In this document: positions 31,936 through 36,286 of the stretch, piece by piece
Numbering within the stretch: the first letter of the stretch is position 1
Layout: every line of letters begins with the position of its first letter
NCBI GenBank assembly: GCA_018303245.1
Contig: JAGVYM010000047.1
Location: 1-36,286 of the forward strand
From: Candidatus Woesearchaeota archaeon
Lineage (GTDB): Archaea > Nanobdellota > Nanobdellia > Woesearchaeales > ARS49
Direction of reading: 5' to 3'
DNA length: 36,286 nt
Program-made: the position numbers and the translations under genes
Notes under the pieces: generated by a model
Databases searched by the model: none
Seen by the model: only the letters and a program-made list of their open reading frames with translations
Told to the model about the DNA's origin: nothing

Positions 31936-32967
31936 ATGATAAAACCCAAAAAAATATCTCGCGGAGACACGATTGCTCTACTCGCGCCTTCAGGTGGACT
32001 TGGTGGACTTTTTCCTCACAGAGTGGATAGTGCGAAAAGAGCGTTGGAAAAACTTGGTTTTAAGGTTAAAGAGTTTCCGACTGCTCGAAAGTTTCAAGAT
32101 GGCAAGGCAGGAACTCCTGATGAGCGTATAAAAGACTTGCATGATGCATTCAGCGATCCGTCAATTAAGGCAATTATGTGCACTATTGGGGGCTTGTGCT
32201 CAAACGAGATAATTGGCAGGCTTGATTATGAGTTAATAAAAAAGAACCCAAAAATGTTTTGCGGGTACTCTGATATTAGTATCTTGCATCACGCAATTGC
32301 CAGAAGAACAGGGCTTGTTACGTTTTACGGTCCTGCAGCAATGACTCAATTTGGCGAGTTTCCAGAACCTTTACCGTATACTGTTGAACATTTTCTGAAA
32401 GCAACGACTTCAACAAAACCAGTTGGTACGATTAAGCCTTCTGAAAAGTGGACTGATGAAACTAGTTTGGACTGGTCAAAAAAGCTTGACTTGACAAGGC
32501 CACGCAATCTTTACGAAAATGAAGGGCACATTTGGTTAAAGGAAGGAAAAGCAACAGCGCCAATTATTGGAGGTTGTCTAAGTTCAATCATGCAACTTAA
32601 AGGAACGCCTTACGATTTTGACTCTACTGGAAAGATTTTATTCGTTGAAACCTGCGAAGGTCAAGATTTCACCAAAGGAGAGCCTTTAGGCTATGCTGAT
32701 GCTCACATTATGGACTTACGCAATGCAGGAGTGTTTGATAAAATTAAAGGACTTGTTGTAGGAAGACCTTTTGGCTACTCTGCAGAAGATCGCAAGAAAT
32801 TCGTGGACATCATTGCCAAACATGTTGCAAGTTACAATTTCCCTGTTCTGGTAAACGTAAATGTCGGTCATGCTGACCCTATCATCACAATTCCACTCGG
32901 TGTAACCGTAACGCTAGACTCAGCTCAAAACAGGTTTTCAATTGATGAAAGCGGCGTTTCAGAATAA
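31936..32967 (+). CDS. S66 family LD-carboxypeptidase (LdcA/MccF-like)
   Basis: GDTIALLAPSG, the catalytic Ser context GYSDISILH, and the C-terminal GHADPIITIPLGV. Confidence 0.85.
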   Translation: MIKPKKISRGDTIALLAPSGGLGGLFPHRVDSAKRALEKLGFKVKEFPTARKFQDGKAGTPDERIKDLHDAFSDPSIKAIMCTIGGLCSNEIIGRLDYELIKKNPKMFCGYSDISILHHAIARRTGLVTFYGPAAMTQFGEFPEPLPYTVEHFLKATTSTKPVGTIKPSEKWTDETSLDWSKKLDLTRPRNLYENEGHIWLKEGKATAPIIGGCLSSIMQLKGTPYDFDSTGKILFVETCEGQDFTKGEPLGYADAHIMDLRNAGVFDKIKGLVVGRPFGYSAEDRKKFVDIIAKHVASYNFPVLVNVNVGHADPIITIPLGVTVTLDSAQNRFSIDESGVSE

Positions 32968-33688
32968 TTTATTGAATATTCTTAATAATCAATGGCAAGG
33001 TATGGACATGAATTTTGGAAGGCTACAAGGATACGTTCCTATGGAGAAGAATATTGTGTATTTCAGAAGAGGTAATGATGAACTTTCTCTTAACATTACT
33101 AATGCTTGTCCAAATGCTTGTGTATTTTGTATTAGAGACTATGACCTGGGATGGGGTGTTTCGAATCTTTATATGGATCGCGATCCCGATATAAAAGAAA
33201 TACTGGGTGCGTTTGATCAAGAAGCACAATGGATTTCGGAAGAAGGAACATCTATAAAACGAGTAAAAATATGCGGTTACGGTGAACCAATACTGCGATT
33301 TAATGATCTCGCGTCCATCGTAACACACGTTAAGAAAAAATGTCCCAAGACAACAATACAATTAACAACAACAAGGTGGCCTTATTTTAGATTCATCTCT
33401 CAAGATACAGCACCCCTGCGAGAGCTTAAAGCAGCAGGTCTTGATATTATCTATCTTAGTTTGCACGCTCTTGATGAAGAACAATACAAAAGACTTGTAA
33501 GGCCAGGTATAACAACGTATGATACAAATGCATTTTCTGATAGCTTAAGATTTGCTAGGGCAACTCGTGAAGCAGGATTTCAGTTAAAATTAGGGTTTAT
33601 CAGAGTGGGCGCAGTAGATGAGTTGGGAATTAAAGCACTTGCGGCTGAATTGGATGCTGAATATGAATTGCGGGAGTTTGAAAAATAA
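32942..33688 (+). CDS. radical SAM protein (small TatD-associated-type family)
   Basis: CPNACVFC (CxxxCxxC) in LNITNACPNACVFCIRD, followed by ICGYGEPILRF. An alternative start at 33002 would remove the overlap with the peptidase gene. Confidence 0.8.
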   Translation: MMKAAFQNNLLNILNNQWQGMDMNFGRLQGYVPMEKNIVYFRRGNDELSLNITNACPNACVFCIRDYDLGWGVSNLYMDRDPDIKEILGAFDQEAQWISEEGTSIKRVKICGYGEPILRFNDLASIVTHVKKKCPKTTIQLTTTRWPYFRFISQDTAPLRELKAAGLDIIYLSLHALDEEQYKRLVRPGITTYDTNAFSDSLRFARATREAGFQLKLGFIRVGAVDELGIKALAAELDAEYELREFEK

Positions 33689-34449
33689 TGATAAACTCAC
33701 TACAAGAAAAGTTCACTAAGGCAAGAAGAACTCTTTTCGCCAGAATTTTTGAAACAGCAAATTTAGACCGCATTCATCCTGTGAATTCCTTTGAAAAGAT
33801 AGAATTAGTAACGAGAGATATGACTGCGAAGCTTGGCATTCCTCTAACTGAAGAAGAAGATACTTTGGCTAGGCAAAGAACAAATTCACTTACAACCATA
33901 TCACCCAGATACGACGTTATATTTTTCATATCTGGGAACCCCACTCATTATGGCCATATTTTCACCGCTGAAGAGTCCGCACACCAGACAAATTCAATAG
34001 TTCATTTATTTGTGACTAAAGGTCATTATAAAAAAAGAGGTTTACCTGAACATAGTGATAGACTGAACTTGGCAATGAGACTGGCCACGGGTTCAATGAA
34101 CGTTTCTGTTGAGAATCACGAGTTTGAAGGTGAACGAATTGCGGGCCTGGAATATTATTCATCAAAATTTAGAAATTTTGCTCAATTGATAGGGTCTGAT
34201 GTTTTAGGAAGGTATTCTCAAGAAGATAGAGGCGTTTTTGCTTACCCGTACATATTATTTGTAAGATCTCCCGATGACCTTGAGACTTACCCTGATATTG
34301 TGAGAAGATTTGTGCACTTAGAAATTGTGAGGAGTGACATAAGGCCTATTAGCAGCACATCAATAAGAAAAAGGCTTATTTCTGACAAAATCTATCCACC
34401 ACTTTTAAGACAACACGTTATGCCTTATTTGGAAGCAGGCGTTCAGTAA
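33688..34449 (+). CDS. NadD/NMNAT-like nucleotidyltransferase
   Basis: (H/T)xGH motif in ISGNPTHYGH and ISSTSIRKRL (ISSTxxR). TAATG overlaps with both neighbouring genes. Confidence 0.7.
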   Translation: MINSLQEKFTKARRTLFARIFETANLDRIHPVNSFEKIELVTRDMTAKLGIPLTEEEDTLARQRTNSLTTISPRYDVIFFISGNPTHYGHIFTAEESAHQTNSIVHLFVTKGHYKKRGLPEHSDRLNLAMRLATGSMNVSVENHEFEGERIAGLEYYSSKFRNFAQLIGSDVLGRYSQEDRGVFAYPYILFVRSPDDLETYPDIVRRFVHLEIVRSDIRPISSTSIRKRLISDKIYPPLLRQHVMPYLEAGVQ

Positions 34450-34925
34450 TGGATCGCGCGCAGCTTCCTTTTCGTTCGAACACTGAAGGCTACCTCCTTG
34501 ATAGTGTTGGAAATGTTCTTGCGCAGGTGCAAGATGGTATTCTTGTTTTTCCAGGAGGTGGCGTGGAAAAGGACGAAGCTATCCTTGATGTAATTACAAG
34601 GGAGACTTTTGAGGAAACAGGCGTTGTTATTGAACACGTTCGCTTGCTTGGAACAATACGTTTTGTTTGGAGTGAGTCTTGGGCAAGAACAGAAAAGCAA
34701 AAATTGCGTTTTGAACAGTTTGAGGGTGAAGAAATGCACTTTTTCACCGGGCGAATAAAAGAGTTTAGAGAGCCAATTGGTGAAGACAAGTGGATTGGTG
34801 AGTTATTAATGCCTGTGAGCAAGGCCATTGAGTTTCTTGAGTCTCAAAAGCCATTCAAAAGTGAGGCTTTGTATAGAGAGAAACAACTCGGTTTTCTGAA
34901 AACAATACTGGGGAGATTTCATTAG
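34449..34925 (+). CDS. NUDIX hydrolase
   Basis: Nudix box GGGVEKDEAILDVITRETFEETGV. Confidence 0.8.
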   Translation: MDRAQLPFRSNTEGYLLDSVGNVLAQVQDGILVFPGGGVEKDEAILDVITRETFEETGVVIEHVRLLGTIRFVWSESWARTEKQKLRFEQFEGEEMHFFTGRIKEFREPIGEDKWIGELLMPVSKAIEFLESQKPFKSEALYREKQLGFLKTILGRFH

Positions 34926-34989
34926 TATTTTTCAGATTAGCAATGGTCAAACGTTACATTTAATAAACACAACTTCACCTAAAACCACC

Positions 34990-35571
34990 ATGACAACCAA
35001 GTTAGATGCAGAATACAGAAAAGAAGGATTCCACTGGGGACTAAATCCCTCTTCCGCTGTAAAAAACATTTTGCATCTGAAATCACAAGGAACTGTTCTT
35101 GATATTGGTGTGGGAGAAGGAAGAAATGCTCTTTTCCTAGCGCAAAACGGTTTTGCGGTCACGGGAATTGATATATCTGAAGAAGGAATAAAGAAATTCA
35201 CACAGGAAGCCCAAAAACGCGGCCTGCACGTACACGGCATAGTCGCTGATATCACGACAGCAGAGTTAGAAAAATATGATGTTATTTTAGCAATAAACTT
35301 GCTTCAATTCCTTACGAAAGAGAAAGCATATGCAACCATCGAAAAAATGAAAAAACACGCAGAACCGGATGGAATAAACATCATCCAAGTTTTTCTAAAG
35401 GAAAACCAGGGGAGTTTTCCCTATTTATTCTCAAAAGATGAACTAAAAACACTTTATTCTGATTGGGACATTCTCCTTTACAAAGAATACGAAACACCTA
35501 AAGAAAAACATGGGAACGGACCTTGGCACCATCACTATGTTGCAGAAATAATAACAAAAAGAAAAAATTAG
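34990..35571 (+). CDS. class I SAM-dependent methyltransferase (TehB-like)
   Basis: VLDIGVGEGRNALFLAQNGFAVTGIDIS (motif I plus an acidic post-I residue). TATA-like TTTAATAAA lies about 25 nt upstream of the ATG. Confidence 0.85.
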   Translation: MTTKLDAEYRKEGFHWGLNPSSAVKNILHLKSQGTVLDIGVGEGRNALFLAQNGFAVTGIDISEEGIKKFTQEAQKRGLHVHGIVADITTAELEKYDVILAINLLQFLTKEKAYATIEKMKKHAEPDGINIIQVFLKENQGSFPYLFSKDELKTLYSDWDILLYKEYETPKEKHGNGPWHHHYVAEIITKRKN

Positions 35572-35574
35572 GCT

Positions 35575-36030
35575 TTAACCTCCTGAACAATAACTTCCGC
35601 AACTGCCCCCATCGCCAGAACTGCAATCAGCAGCGCTCGGTGTAGGCCAAAATTTTGCATCTGGTTCGCCAAAGATCGAACGATACGCAGCAATGGTCTT
35701 TTTGTATGCTTCTATCTCAGGTCTATCTGAGGGCACATGGTCCACAAAACTACCAATCCGTTCAGATAATCTTCTATACAGGGGTGTGTTTAGAACCAGT
35801 TCGTGCCAGTAAACATCAATTTCATTTGAGGGAGCGAACTTTCCTTTAATCCCTCCAGCAATACCTAAAAACTTCACTGTCTCTCCTCGAAGTCCGCGCA
35901 GGTAATCAGAATCTTCTACCTTTTTGATTACTCTGGAATCAACTGGTGAAAGATCAAAATCGGTCAACAAATCAACAATAGATCTCACGCGTTCCTCGTT
36001 TATCCTTTCCCGTTCTAAAACCGCTTCCAT
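35575..36030 (-). CDS. GRDP/DUF1399-like protein with a Cys/Gly/Ser-rich C-terminal tail
   Basis: EIDVYWHELVLNTPLYRRL...VDHVP fits the D..WH.H.L.T..Y...H.P pattern. The tail is AADCSSGDGGSCGSYCSGG. Confidence 0.5.
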   Translation of the reverse strand: MEAVLERERINEERVRSIVDLLTDFDLSPVDSRVIKKVEDSDYLRGLRGETVKFLGIAGGIKGKFAPSNEIDVYWHELVLNTPLYRRLSERIGSFVDHVPSDRPEIEAYKKTIAAYRSIFGEPDAKFWPTPSAADCSSGDGGSCGSYCSGG

Positions 36031-36286
36031 TTTTACCCTCCCCTAAATAATCGGTAGGAGTCCGATAAACATTTATATTTTATCCAAATAAATTATATGG
36101 ACTATATAATTGACGTGAAGACGTCATCTGAGTAGCGCCTTAGCCTACAGCAATCATGCAATATTTTAGGAAATACTACAACCGTTGCGCGGCTTCAAAC
36201 TCGCGCAAGTCCAAAATAGCTGTTTTGAACTATCACGTAGTTATGCGAAACTTTTAACAATTCCTCTCGCTTATACAGTGTTGTTA

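Noticed and set aside
36031-36286. Palindrome TGACGT-GAAG-ACGTCA and hairpin GCGCG...CGCGC in the terminal intergenic region.
   Set aside because: These are short, isolated dyads at the edge of the window with no context. They could be an operator or a terminator, but nothing supports a specific call.

Overview
This window looks like a small-genome archaeal chromosome, possibly DPANN-like. Evidence: an archaeal/eukaryal-type ProRS, an ATP-dependent DNA ligase, an AMP phosphorylase, a fused transketolase, two intron-containing tRNAs, and many genes with a TTTATAAA-type TATA box 24-29 nt upstream of the ATG (leaderless mRNAs). About 60 features are listed.

Main hunt results:
1. An AT-rich integrated island of about 8 kb (15.3-23.35 kb). 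It is bracketed by a 15-nt direct repeat of the 3' end of tRNA-Thr. It carries a type II R-M pair, gene fragments including a tyrosine-integrase N-terminus, a small-TM/lipoprotein pair, and a divergent pair made of a PD-(D/E)xK-like nuclease-HTH protein and an atypical RecQ helicase. This pair is my best candidate for an undescribed defence-type module.
2. Unusually structured non-coding DNA inside the island: two paralogous stem-loop elements at its left end, and a roughly 100-nt nested palindrome between the nuclease and recQ promoters.
3. A tightly coupled operon: ProRS C-terminal fragment, HIT, MccF/LdcA-like peptidase, radical SAM, NadD-like nucleotidyltransferase, Nudix.
4. Decay or rearrangement signatures: a frameshifted and truncated DGR/retron-like reverse transcriptase next to a LAGLIDADG endonuclease gene, an Lhr helicase split by an apparent internal deletion, a 34-bp tandem duplication splitting a membrane-protein gene, a frameshifted HEXXH gene, and a HAD fragment.
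5. Two candidate structured RNAs (244-366, and 5874-6100, which is possibly SRP-like), plus a hairpin that duplicates the 5' end of tRNA-Val.

Everything is by-eye motif and repeat reading. No searches or folding programs were run.
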